Source: Candidatus Magasanikbacteria bacterium GW2011_GWA2_56_11 (GTDB lineage Bacteria; Patescibacteriota; Patescibacteriia; Magasanikbacterales; UBA922). From it: DNA of 64,000 nucleotides. The position numbers were made by a program, and so were the translations under genes. The stretch is taken from contig LCRX01000004.1 in NCBI GenBank assembly GCA_001004885.1, forward strand, positions 11,178-75,177, written 5' to 3'. The notes under the pieces are model-generated. The model saw only the letters and a program-made list of their open reading frames with translations, was not told the DNA's origin and searched no databases. Below are positions 48,400 to 57,894 of this stretch, piece by piece; position 1 is the stretch's first letter, and every line of letters starts with the position of its first letter.

Positions 48400-48816
48400 T
48401 TAGGGGTCGAGACGGGCGATCAGCCACCCGGCCGCGATCGCGCCCAAGAAGCCGCTGCCGGTCCAGGACAGGACCATCGGGAGCGAGACTTGAAAACTGC
48501 TGTAGGTGATGAACATTCCCGGCAGCAGGGAGACCGCGGCGTATACGGAAGCGAAGGTTAGGCCACGACGGAAAGAGCTTGTTCCGGCGAATAGGGATTT
48601 GGTTTTGGCCCAGACCCAGGAGAAAATTACGCCCAAAAGAAGCGGATAAAGAAAGTAGAGCATCATGAGCGGATCGGACCAGGGGCGGAAAATCGCCTGG
48701 TTCTCGTATTCGGTCTTGAGGCTGGGAGCGAGCAGGTTAAAAAGCGGGGTTAAGACGGTGCCGACGGCCAGGAGCAAAAGTCCGGCCAGGAGGCCGCGAG
48801 AAAAAATCTTGCCCAT
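48400..48816 (-). CDS. Four-TM hypothetical membrane protein
   Basis: Hydrophobic helices; FRPWSDPLM and PGMFITYSSF segments. Confidence 0.75.
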   Translation of the reverse strand: MGKIFSRGLLAGLLLLAVGTVLTPLFNLLAPSLKTEYENQAIFRPWSDPLMMLYFLYPLLLGVIFSWVWAKTKSLFAGTSSFRRGLTFASVYAAVSLLPGMFITYSSFQVSLPMVLSWTGSGFLGAIAAGWLIARLDP

Positions 48817-49029
48817 AATTTATTGTTTTAGCCCCGCCGGCGGACGCCGGTTGGGCGGGAATAAAAGATAAAATTTGTCTGTTCAAACCTGTCAGGACTT
48901 ATTTTATCATCTTCTACGGATAGCGGCTAGCCGGCGCGGCGGGCAGAATTTTGCTGGCCGTTCATCAATTTTGACAGAGACAGGATATGGACTTCCTGGT
49001 GAATTTAATCTCAAGAAGGGGAGCACGAA

Positions 49030-50097
49030 TCATAAATTGGCGGTCCATTTTCCGGAAAAATCCCGGAAGCCGGAGTCGTCGAAATCCCACGCTCCGGCTT
49101 CGGGTACCGGAATTTTTCCGAGCGCGCCCTCTTTCTCAATGGTGAATTTTACCGTGGCGGCCAGTCCTGAGAGGCGGGGGCGGAGTTCCGACCAGATGTT
49201 GAGAGCGTCTTTGGTTGGCACGGTAAAATGCTTTGCCCAGTAGACAGGGTCGTTTTGGAACAGGTAATACGGACGGATGCCCTCGATGGCGAGACGGTTG
49301 AACAGTTCCTGGAGCACTTCCACTTGGTCGTTTACCCCTTGGAGCAAAACCGTCTGGGACAGGATCACGGCCGAACTTTCACGGCGCAGGCGGTAGAGAA
49401 CCGCGAGCGTCGCCGGCGCGAGTTCGGCCGGGTGGTTGACGTGGAGCAAAATATACGGATTTTTTATCCGTCCGATGTAAGCGTAATGCCAGTCGCGCAC
49501 GAGAGACGGATTTTGCACCGGCAGCCGCGTGCCGAAACGGACAATATCCAGATGGCCCCGGGCCTGCAAATCCGCGAGCCCGCTGACTATTTTCGTAAAA
49601 TACGCTTCTGGCGCGAAAAGGGGATCGCCGCCCGACACGATGATCTCGTTGAGCTCCGGGTGTTCTTTGATAAAGGTAAAAACAGTTTCGAGTTCGCGGT
49701 CGGAAAGGAACGCGGAGCGCCGGATGGCGGCTTTCGCCCCCGGATCATCTTTTGCCGCTCCGATCTCCCGGCCGCGGAAGCAAAACCGGCAGTAGCTCGC
49801 GCAGTGGCGCGCGACTGTCCAGAGTCCCCGGCCGTAGTAATCTACCGTCCCGTCCGGTTTGAACCGCCCCCGGTATTTGTATACCAGGCCGGGCGCCGCC
49901 TCGTTCCGGTCTTCGTCAAACGGGTCGCTTGGGCCAATCCCGGCGTGTTTTTTCTCGGCCTCAGGCTGGGCGATAAACTGCCGGCCGATCGGCCCCTCGG
50001 CCCCGCCGGTTTTTTCGATCAAACGCAACAAGTGCGGAGAGACAATCTCCGGGAGGGCTCCTTCGGGGTTGGCGACGGCAGCGCCGCGGGGGTGCAT
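49030..50097 (-). CDS. KamA/EpmB-family radical SAM enzyme (lysine 2,3-aminomutase-like)
   Basis: PGLVYKY, CASYCRFCFR, SGGDPL, RFGTR, HVNHPAEL, SQTVLLQGVND, PYYL, SGLA. Confidence 0.9.
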   Translation of the reverse strand: MHPRGAAVANPEGALPEIVSPHLLRLIEKTGGAEGPIGRQFIAQPEAEKKHAGIGPSDPFDEDRNEAAPGLVYKYRGRFKPDGTVDYYGRGLWTVARHCASYCRFCFRGREIGAAKDDPGAKAAIRRSAFLSDRELETVFTFIKEHPELNEIIVSGGDPLFAPEAYFTKIVSGLADLQARGHLDIVRFGTRLPVQNPSLVRDWHYAYIGRIKNPYILLHVNHPAELAPATLAVLYRLRRESSAVILSQTVLLQGVNDQVEVLQELFNRLAIEGIRPYYLFQNDPVYWAKHFTVPTKDALNIWSELRPRLSGLAATVKFTIEKEGALGKIPVPEAGAWDFDDSGFRDFSGKWTANL

Positions 50098-50319
50098 AGG
50101 TCGGTTGAGAATAGGCGCGATGATAGTATCACGAATACGGCGAGGGGTCTATTATTCGTTCTTACTCCATTTCCCGACCGCTGTTCGGAACATCGTGTGC
50201 GCGCCTGCCCGCCGATCCTCGATTGGCAGCCATCAAAAGACCTAGAGTTATGGTGTCTTTTGGTTCGAAGACTTAAAAATTTTTCTTTTTGGGAGGAGGG
50301 CTTAAATGTAAGAAAAGGT

Positions 50320-52119
50320 CTAGACCGACAGGCTCTTTTCTCGGAGTAGCAGACTGCGGAAGTTCCCTTCCCGTTCGGATAGCCCTTTGAATGTACCCTC
50401 TTGAATGACCTGCCCATTATCAAAAACAAGTATCCGACCGCAGCCTTGCAGCGTGCTTAGACGATGGGCGATGACGATTACCGTACTATCCTGGCCAAGA
50501 CTTTCAATTGCCTGTTGTACGAATGCCTCGCTCTGGTTATCGAGGGCGGCTGTTGCCTCATCGAGTATAACTAGAGGGGCACCTTTCAAAAATACCCGGG
50601 CCAGCACCAGTCGTTGTTGTTCGCCGCCGGACAAGTTGCGGCCCTGCTCGGCGATCATTGCGTCCAGCCCACCCGGTAGAGCGCGCACGCGAGTTTCCAT
50701 ATGGGCACTTTGAAGCGCCTGCCATAGGGTTGTAGCAGGTACGTTCGTGAGGGCAGTGCCGTATTCTACATTCTGCCGTACCGTCCCGTGGAGTATAAAT
50801 GGCCGCTGGGGGACATACGCGACCAACTTAGACAACGCCAGCTTATCGAGGTTTTTAATTTCTTGTCCGAAGACGCGTACGCTACCGGTGTAGGTAGGTA
50901 TGAGACCAAGCAGAACCTTAACAAACGTACTTTTCCCCGAGCCGCTAACACCAGCAATGCCAATTTTCTCTCCCCGTTTAATAGCCACCGTTAAATTAAC
51001 GAGCGCCGGGTGGCGGTTTTCGGTTTCGTCGAGGGTATCGGTATAATTCACTGACAGTTGATTTGTTTCAATCAGTGGCGCAGGTGCTTTGGTCTTGGGG
51101 CATCCACTACCGGCTAGACCGGGATCGGTAGGCAGCTGACGTAGGTTTACGAGCTCACGTACTTTCAGTATGGCTTCAAAGCCTTCGTCAACAATGCGAT
51201 GTAACTCACGCAGCGGGGCAGCCACCGCCGTGTAGAGCATGGCAAAAGTGAGCACGTCGCCTTTTGAAACTAATCCTCGAGAGGCGTACCAGGCGCCAAG
51301 CGCGACCACGATTACGTAGCCCGCGCCTTCCGCCAGTTGTTTTACGGCGTCGAACGACATCATAAAGCGGTGGTGGCGAAATTCTTTGGCGCGCAGAGAT
51401 TCTGCTAATTCCCCAGCCGCTGTGGTTTCATATTCCCGCATGCCGCTCGCGCGCACGTAGTCGATTCCTAGAAGGAGTTCCGTTACCTTTGCCCCGATGC
51501 CTTCCTTGGCGGAAAAGAGCTCTAAACGGATGCCTTTTTGGGAGACAATCTGCAAAAGCGTTACCAGGGCTCCGAATATACCTGCGCCTACCATAACCAA
51601 GGCCATGACCCAGTTGCGGGTGAAGGCTAAATAGATGGCAATCCCGGCCGTGATGATGGCCGGGAAGAAGTCCAAAAATAACAGTTTCAGGAGTCGCACC
51701 ACACCTTCTATACTTCGGTGGATCCGGACGTTGATGGCGCCTACCCGTTCGCGCATGAGTCGAGACAGGTCGAGCGACAGTATATGTCCAATAACGCCGA
51801 CGAATTCGTCCCGCTCGACCCGGGTAGCAGTATTCTCGACAATATATTTTCGGATCCAGACAGCCACTTCACGGCCGATCACGGATAAGAGAATGAACCA
51901 GAGAACTGGCGCCACGTCGGCAAAGGCCGTGGCCGAACTCTCAACCACCCGGTCCAAAATTTGACCCAAAAGAATCGCTGGCAGGTTCGCGAGCCAACCA
52001 GCGGCAAGCATGAGGAGAAAGGCCATTGAGAAGGCGATCAGACGCATTCGCCCCAGGCGGGATATAAGGTAGCCTAAGGCTCCGGGGATGAGAGTCTTTT
52101 TATTCGTAATTTTGGGCAT
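50320..52119 (-). CDS. ABC exporter, fused permease and ATPase
   Basis: TM domain, then GVSGSGKST, LSGGEQQR, LDEATAALD, IAHRLST. Confidence 0.92.
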   Translation of the reverse strand: MPKITNKKTLIPGALGYLISRLGRMRLIAFSMAFLLMLAAGWLANLPAILLGQILDRVVESSATAFADVAPVLWFILLSVIGREVAVWIRKYIVENTATRVERDEFVGVIGHILSLDLSRLMRERVGAINVRIHRSIEGVVRLLKLLFLDFFPAIITAGIAIYLAFTRNWVMALVMVGAGIFGALVTLLQIVSQKGIRLELFSAKEGIGAKVTELLLGIDYVRASGMREYETTAAGELAESLRAKEFRHHRFMMSFDAVKQLAEGAGYVIVVALGAWYASRGLVSKGDVLTFAMLYTAVAAPLRELHRIVDEGFEAILKVRELVNLRQLPTDPGLAGSGCPKTKAPAPLIETNQLSVNYTDTLDETENRHPALVNLTVAIKRGEKIGIAGVSGSGKSTFVKVLLGLIPTYTGSVRVFGQEIKNLDKLALSKLVAYVPQRPFILHGTVRQNVEYGTALTNVPATTLWQALQSAHMETRVRALPGGLDAMIAEQGRNLSGGEQQRLVLARVFLKGAPLVILDEATAALDNQSEAFVQQAIESLGQDSTVIVIAHRLSTLQGCGRILVFDNGQVIQEGTFKGLSEREGNFRSLLLREKSLSV

Positions 52120-52291
52120 AAGTTATTAGTTAAGAGCATTCTATCACTCTCTGGGGTAGTGAGCCAGCAGCTAGGTTGGTTTACTATTGAAATTCACACC
52201 GGTATAAAGTACGATGGTCATGACACCGCATTAAGACAGTTTTCATTAGAATTTAGGATGGGTGGTGTGGTCTATCTAGGAGGAAAAGGAC

Positions 52292-52588
52292 ATGCCGCAG
52301 AAAGCACGAGAATTGAGGATGGCCGACCGGCTTTTGTTGGCCGCGTTAGTTTTCCTTGTGTCCGGCGTTGCCTTCGAGCTGCTCGCACGACAGCTCGACC
52401 CTGGCGCCTTTTGGTCTGACGCCTTCTGGCCCATGAACGGCGATCCGAGGGAGCTCTACCCGATGGTCGCGGAGCTGGTCTTCATGGGGACCAGCATCGG
52501 GGCCACTGCCTTGGCGATCGTCTACAGCGCACTGTACTGGTTCAGGCGTCGGCAGCGTCGGCATCATCTCAAGCTCGTCCAGAGCTGA
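52292..52588 (+). CDS. Orphan two-TM small membrane protein
   Basis: AGGAGG SD, TTGAAA-N17-TACGAT promoter (52187-52215), GC3-rich codons, basic C-tail. Confidence 0.7.
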   Translation: MPQKARELRMADRLLLAALVFLVSGVAFELLARQLDPGAFWSDAFWPMNGDPRELYPMVAELVFMGTSIGATALAIVYSALYWFRRRQRRHHLKLVQS

Positions 52589-52745
52589 CGGCGCGCGGCG
52601 GGGTACGGAGGGACCGCGCCGCATAGCATCACCCCTCCATCTTAGATTCCAATGGATTAGAGTTTGAGCGAGGTAAAACGAGTGATGTTTAGTTTGAAAT
52701 AAAATAAGAGCTAAAAAAGGCTCTTATTTTAGACAAAATCCATTT

Positions 52746-52821
52746 TGGGGTGGCTAATGGGAATCGAACCCATGCTAAAGGTTCCACAAACCTCTGTGCT
52801 AACCATTACACCATAGCCACC
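52746..52821 (-). tRNA. tRNA-His (GTG)
   Basis: Cloverleaf with GTGGCTA/TAGCCAC acceptor, G-1:C73, TTCGA T-loop, encoded CCA. Confidence 0.96.
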
Positions 52822-52991
52822 CCACAAGGGACTTTGTTTTTAGATTGTAAAATCAACGATTTTTATCCGCCGCCAAACCGCGACAATGCGTGGTGGTAAG
52901 TCTGGGGCCATCTGCAATCAAACCCGTACTGCGAGTAACGTAAACTCGCGTGATAACCATTTTAGTAAATGGCGCCTTTATTGCGTTACGC

Positions 52992-53020
52992 AGTATAAAA
53001 AAAAAAGTCCTTTTTGTCAA
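52992..53020 (-). promoter_or_regulatory. sigma70 promoter upstream of tRNA-His
   Basis: TTGACA-N17-TATACT. Confidence 0.75.
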
Positions 53021-53138
53021 TAACAGACGGTCCCATGTCAGCGGTCCCGTTAGCTCGTCAGTCGTTTCCTTCTCAAGAGAAGAAAGCAGCAGTCCGAGGG
53101 TGCAGTCGAGGGTAGAGCTGCACCGGAAAAGAGCGTGG

Positions 53139-54570
53139 CTAGGCAGCCTTGGCCGGCTTGTCAGTAACGGCCCGGAGCTTGGGCTTCGGCTTGGCGTGCC
53201 AGATGCTCGAGGCGAACAGAAGGCCGAGGCCCGCGGCTGGCAAGAGGACCAGGGGCCAGTAGAACCAGTTGGCCGGATCCTTGGCGGCCTCCCCGGTGGG
53301 GACGATCCACCCGATCACGAGCGACTGCAACCCCGTGCCGAGGTAGACCATGCCGTCCACGATGCCGACCGCGGCGCCGGTGTTCTTGGCGCCGGCGAAG
53401 TCGGCCGTGGCCGTGCCCGAGAAGATCCCGTGCACGCCGATCACGCTCATCGAGATGGCCATGACGGCGATGCCGGCGAACCACCAGTTTAGGTCCAGGC
53501 TCAGGCCCATGACGGCGGTGGCCAAGAGCATGAGGCAGTAGAGAATGGTGGCCATGGGCGCGCGGCGCGACTGGAAGAAGCGGTCCGACATCCAGCCGGT
53601 GAAGATGCCGCCCAGGAGTCCGGCGATGAGGAGGGCGAGACCCCAGTTGTCGCTCACCCAGAACTCCTTCTTGAAGCCGACCTCCTTGGCAAACATCGGG
53701 TACCAGTGCATGACGCCGTTGCGGAGGATGCCGCTCATGAGCTCGACGACGCAGACGATCCGGAGCACTGGGTGCCTGATGATTTTACCGAAGATCTGCC
53801 GTGTCGTCTCTTTGTGGTCGCTTACTCCCAGGTGGTCCTCGCCGGTGTCAAAGTCGCGGAAGCCGGCCTCGCCTGGCGTGTTGCGCAGCCAAGCGAACAT
53901 GAGGAGCCAGAAGACGCCAAGCAGGATCGAGGGGATGAAGAAGATCATCCAGTCCTCGTTCCAGCCGCTTTGGCCGAGCCCGAAAGCCGTGCCGAAAGCG
54001 CTGGCCCAGAAGCCGAGGTCGGCCTTGGGCGTGGCCCGTGATGCTTCGACGATGGCGAAGCCCCAGTCGAAGGCGAAGTAGACGCCGAGAGCGATGAGGA
54101 CGCCGAAGATCGTCGAGAAGGTGCCGCGCTCGCTGACGTGGAACCAGGGCGCCTTGGTGGTGACGATCGCCACCGCGCCGAAGCTCTGGAAGTACATGTT
54201 GACGGCGTAGAGCACGAGGAACGTGCTGAACACGGACACGTTCCATTGCCAGTAGTTTATCCCGTAGAGGACGAGGCCCATGAGGAGATTGGCGCCGATG
54301 GCGCCAGCGACGCCGATGAGCATCGTGCGCCGCCCGCCCCAGCGGTCCGTGAGCGGGCCGTTGAGCAGGAAGGAGAGCCCGTAGACCCAGGCGCCGACAC
54401 CGAAGATCGTGCCGAACTGCGCCTTGGTCATGAGGCTGTCGCCGAGGGCGCCCTGAGCGACGGTGAGGTTGTAGCGCCCCATGTAGAGGAGCGCGTAAGC
54501 CAGACCCGAGCGGCAGCCAGTTTATGGCGCGCCGTTGACGGTAGGCCAAGGAATGCTTGATTTCTCCCAT
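53139..54570 (-). CDS. MFS transporter, GlpT/UhpT (organophosphate:Pi antiporter)-like; +1 frameshift near 54507
   Basis: GGAGG-ATG at 54570 joins LAYALLYMGRYNL if one G is removed; DRWGGR, WFHVSERG and SDRFFQSRRAP motifs. Confidence 0.8.
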
Positions 54571-54660
54571 TCGGTCCTCCACCCGGCGTTGATGCCGGTC
54601 CGCGCTAACTTAACAGCTAAAATGGCGAATTGTCAATGGGCCGATCGCGGTTGAAATAAA

Positions 54661-54688
54661 AACCCCCGGCAGATACCTGCCGGGGGTA
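54661..54688 (-). terminator. Intrinsic terminator after the SPFH gene
   Basis: ACCCCCGGCAG/CTGCCGGGGGT stem with T-run on the minus strand. Confidence 0.8.
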
Positions 54689-54711
54689 AGGCGTTTTGGG
54701 TTGGCGGCAGA

Positions 54712-55446
54712 CTACTTCTTCATGCCTTCAAAAGCCCGCAACACCTCAAGCGGTATCGCGAAGATAACCGTATTTGACTGGTCAGAGCTCAGGTCGCTAA
54801 TCGTGCTCAAAGTGCGCAAGTGGAGCGCGCCCGGAGAGGAGGAGAGCATGTCGGCCGCTTTGGCGATATTCTCGGCCGCGATGAGCTCGCCGCTCGCCTT
54901 GATGATCACCGACCGTTTTTCGCGCTCGGCCTCGGCTTGTTTGGCGATCACGCGTTGCATGTCGTCCGGGAGGGTAACGTCTTTGAGTTCGACGCTTTCC
55001 ACCTTGATGCCCCATGGATCGGTAGCCTTGTCGACGATGGTCTTGATTTTTTCCGCCGCCGCCTCGCGGTTGGCGAGGAGTTCATCGAGTTCGAGTTCGC
55101 CGACGACGTTGCGCATGGTGGTCTGGGCCAGCTGGCTGACCGCGTACCAGAAGTTTTCTACTTCGAGTATAGCCTTGTCCGCGTCCGAAACGCGGTAGTA
55201 GATGACAGCGTTGATCTTGGCCGAGATGTTGTCCTTGGTAATGGCCTCTTGGAACGGCACGTCCACGGCCTTGGTGCGCATGTCGACCCGCGTCATGCTT
55301 TGGAATACCGGAACAACGATGCGCCAGCCCGGATCGACTACTCGGACGAACTTGCCCAACTGAAATTTGACCCCGCGCTGGTACTGGTTGACCTGGCGGA
55401 TGCTCACGAGGAGCACGATCACTATGAAGGCGACGATATAGCCCAT
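54712..55446 (-). CDS. SPFH/band 7 (stomatin-like) protein
   Basis: ITKDN, AQTTMRNVVG, WGIKV, QAEAEREKR. Confidence 0.93.
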   Translation of the reverse strand: MGYIVAFIVIVLLVSIRQVNQYQRGVKFQLGKFVRVVDPGWRIVVPVFQSMTRVDMRTKAVDVPFQEAITKDNISAKINAVIYYRVSDADKAILEVENFWYAVSQLAQTTMRNVVGELELDELLANREAAAEKIKTIVDKATDPWGIKVESVELKDVTLPDDMQRVIAKQAEAEREKRSVIIKASGELIAAENIAKAADMLSSSPGALHLRTLSTISDLSSDQSNTVIFAIPLEVLRAFEGMKK

Positions 55447-55462
55447 AGGTTTAGAGTAAAAA

Positions 55463-56200
55463 TTACTTAGACAAAATTTGCAAGGAGCGGTCCCAATTTA
55501 TTTCGTAATATCCGGCTTCGCTTTTCGTCGATCCGTCGGACGTTAGCAAGTACTGGCCGACAGACACGAACACAAACCGATCAGGATTATTTTCGTTCAT
55601 GAGGAAATAGCTGATGCCGTTGGACTCGCTGTACGGCGGCGAACACTTCTCGCTATTGGCCCAGCCAGGTTCTTCTGGGTCGGCCGGGGGCGGATAGGAG
55701 ATGGCGGCGGCAGTGTAGCCCGGCCGCTGATCCAGCTTTATACTATCTGACTGTCTCACAAAGCAATCCTTGGGGTCAAGTCCTTTTAGGAACCGCGCGG
55801 CCACGGCGGCGGCGAGGGTCATTTGGGGATCTTTATCGAAAATCTCAACCCACTGGCCGTCGGCCGGAGCTTGGCTGGCCAGGTGGACATATATCTTGTT
55901 GCCGGTTTCAGTTAGTTTGACCTCTTCCGACGAGTCTGAGATCGGATTGTAGGTGAAGCCGACGCCCAGAGGGCCGGAGACGTACACTCTGGTTCCCGGC
56001 TCTTTGCGACCAAGATCAAAGATAGCGGAATAGTCCGGCGCGTCCGCGATCGGTTCGGTTTTTTCTGTCGGGGCACTCGCTTCGGGGGCGGGGGCGTTGG
56101 TTTCCCCGGCGTCAGATTTTTTAAATCCGGTCCGGTAACCGATGACTCCGGCAAGAACAACGAGAACCGCCGCTGCCGCCAAAGCTGTTTTGTGGTTCAT
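55463..56200 (-). CDS. Membrane-anchored hypothetical protein
   Basis: N-terminal TM followed by a soluble domain with two Cys. Confidence 0.7.
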   Translation of the reverse strand: MNHKTALAAAAVLVVLAGVIGYRTGFKKSDAGETNAPAPEASAPTEKTEPIADAPDYSAIFDLGRKEPGTRVYVSGPLGVGFTYNPISDSSEEVKLTETGNKIYVHLASQAPADGQWVEIFDKDPQMTLAAAVAARFLKGLDPKDCFVRQSDSIKLDQRPGYTAAAISYPPPADPEEPGWANSEKCSPPYSESNGISYFLMNENNPDRFVFVSVGQYLLTSDGSTKSEAGYYEINWDRSLQILSK

Positions 56201-56227
56201 ACGCTGGTTGTTAGCTCGGTGAATACG

Positions 56228-56299
56228 TGTCCCGACCAGGAGTCGAACCTGGGTTTAGAGCTTAGAAGGCTCCCGTTCTATCCATTGAACTATCGGGAC
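56228..56299 (-). tRNA. tRNA-Arg (TCT), CCA not encoded
   Basis: GTCCCGA/TCGGGAC acceptor, TTCTAA anticodon loop, GTTCGAC T-loop. Confidence 0.95.
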
Positions 56300-56355
56300 G
56301 TGGCGGCCGTTTAGGCCCGGCGTCCCGGAAATTTTCCCATTTTTAAGGCTTTTTG

Positions 56356-57351
56356 TCAATCTGAACCCCGCTTTTTGCCGTGGAATTTTTTGTGTATGTT
56401 GCGCAGCTCCCGGTCGGTAATGTGGGTATAAATCTGAGTAGTGGTGATGGAGGTGTGGCCGAGCATAGCCTGCACGCTGCGGATGTCGGCGCCGTTTTGC
56501 AATAGATCCGTGGCGTAGGAGTGGCGCATTGTGTGCGGGGTAACGGGCTTGGTAATGCCGGCCGCCTTGGCGTACCGTTGCACCAGGCGCTGGACCGAGC
56601 GGGGAGTAAGGGGAACCTCATCGGCCTCCAGGCCTTTTTTGGTTGCCTTGACGCGCTTGCCGGTGCGCTTGTCGTGCGAGACGAACAGAAAGGGATTGAG
56701 GTCCGGCCGGATATCCAGATATTTTTTCAGCCAGTACTTGGCCTGGGCGGACAAAAATACCACGCGCGTTTTGCGCCCCTTTCCGGTAACCGTAAATTCA
56801 TCCTTTTTTAGGTTGACATCGCTTTTTTTGAGTCCGACCAGCTCGGATACGCGCAGGCCGGTGGAAAAAAGCAGCTCGAGGGCGGCCTTGTCGCGGTATT
56901 TGATCAGGTTGCCGCCGGTATTATTTCCGGCCGCGCCCTGGCGGATAGCCGCCATTTGCGCGAGCGGCGCCTCCAGTAGGCGCGAGAGGTCGCTGCCGTC
57001 AAGAAAGGATACCTGCCGGTCCGGCATTTTCATGAGTTCGATTTTTTCCGGCGTCAGCGAGGCGATGTCGCGTTTGGCGAGGTACTTTAAAAATGACCTC
57101 AGAGCGATAAGGTGATAATTTTGCGTATTCTTTTTGAGCGGGTCGCCGTGCACGTCAATGAGGCGGTTGAGCCAGAGCCGGTACTCGCGCACCTTGTCGG
57201 TTGTTACGGCCTCCGGTTTTTTGTCGCCGAACCATTCGATGAAACGTCCCAGATAGAAGTCGTAATTGCGCACGGTCTGAAGGCTGCGGTTTTTTTCGAT
57301 TTCCAAATATTCCAGAAATTCGCGCAGGTAACGCGAGAGCAGGTAAGACAT
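56356..57351 (-). CDS. xerC: Tyrosine recombinase XerC/D family
   Basis: TGLRVSEL, GKGRKTR, TPHTMRHSYATDLL, LGH...TTQIYTH; N-terminal SAM-like domain. Confidence 0.88.
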   Translation of the reverse strand: MSYLLSRYLREFLEYLEIEKNRSLQTVRNYDFYLGRFIEWFGDKKPEAVTTDKVREYRLWLNRLIDVHGDPLKKNTQNYHLIALRSFLKYLAKRDIASLTPEKIELMKMPDRQVSFLDGSDLSRLLEAPLAQMAAIRQGAAGNNTGGNLIKYRDKAALELLFSTGLRVSELVGLKKSDVNLKKDEFTVTGKGRKTRVVFLSAQAKYWLKKYLDIRPDLNPFLFVSHDKRTGKRVKATKKGLEADEVPLTPRSVQRLVQRYAKAAGITKPVTPHTMRHSYATDLLQNGADIRSVQAMLGHTSITTTQIYTHITDRELRNIHKKFHGKKRGSD

Positions 57352-57421
57352 ACGCGAGTATTGTACGACACAATTGACGACCGGTCAATTTTGGACTACA
57401 GTCTAGAACCCACTCCCAAAA

Positions 57422-57817
57422 TTTCGCTCTGCCGATGCCTGCGGCGTAGGTATGATTTATTTGGTGGGTTATACCGCTTGCCCGCCCAAGCCGCAAATAG
57501 ACAAGGTGGCGCTGGGCGCGGAAAAGTGGGTCAGCTGGAGACGGTACCAAAGCCTAAAGCGGCTGGTTCGGGAATTAAAAAAGCGGGGAGTAAAGATCGT
57601 GGCGCTCGAAAAAACCGACCGCAGCATAGATATCGGCCGGGCGCAATTCACGCCGCCTTTGGCGCTCATTGTCGGCAACGAAGTGGACGGCGTACCGGAG
57701 GCGATACTTAAAGAATGCGACCAGGTAGTCCATGTACCCATGTACGGCCGCAAGGAGAGCCTGAACGTCAGCGTGGCGGCCGGGATAGCTCTCTACGTGG
57801 TTAAATCCAAAATTTAA
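57422..57817 (+). pseudogene. TrmH/SpoU RNA methyltransferase lacking its N-terminus
   Basis: FRSADACGV, VGNEVDG and PMYGRKESLNVSVA are present; upstream motif 1 and start are replaced by an in-frame TAG. Confidence 0.7.
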
Positions 57818-57894
57818 ATTTGGCCGGTTTTTCTCCGGCCGGAGCGTATTTTTAGACTCTCGGGGCTCCCCATGCTATACTTTGTCTACGAGCT

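Noticed and set aside
56228-57351. Tyrosine recombinase beside tRNA-Arg as a prophage or island integrase
   Set aside because: Size and motifs fit housekeeping XerC/D. No arm-binding domain, duplicated tRNA end or phage genes were seen.
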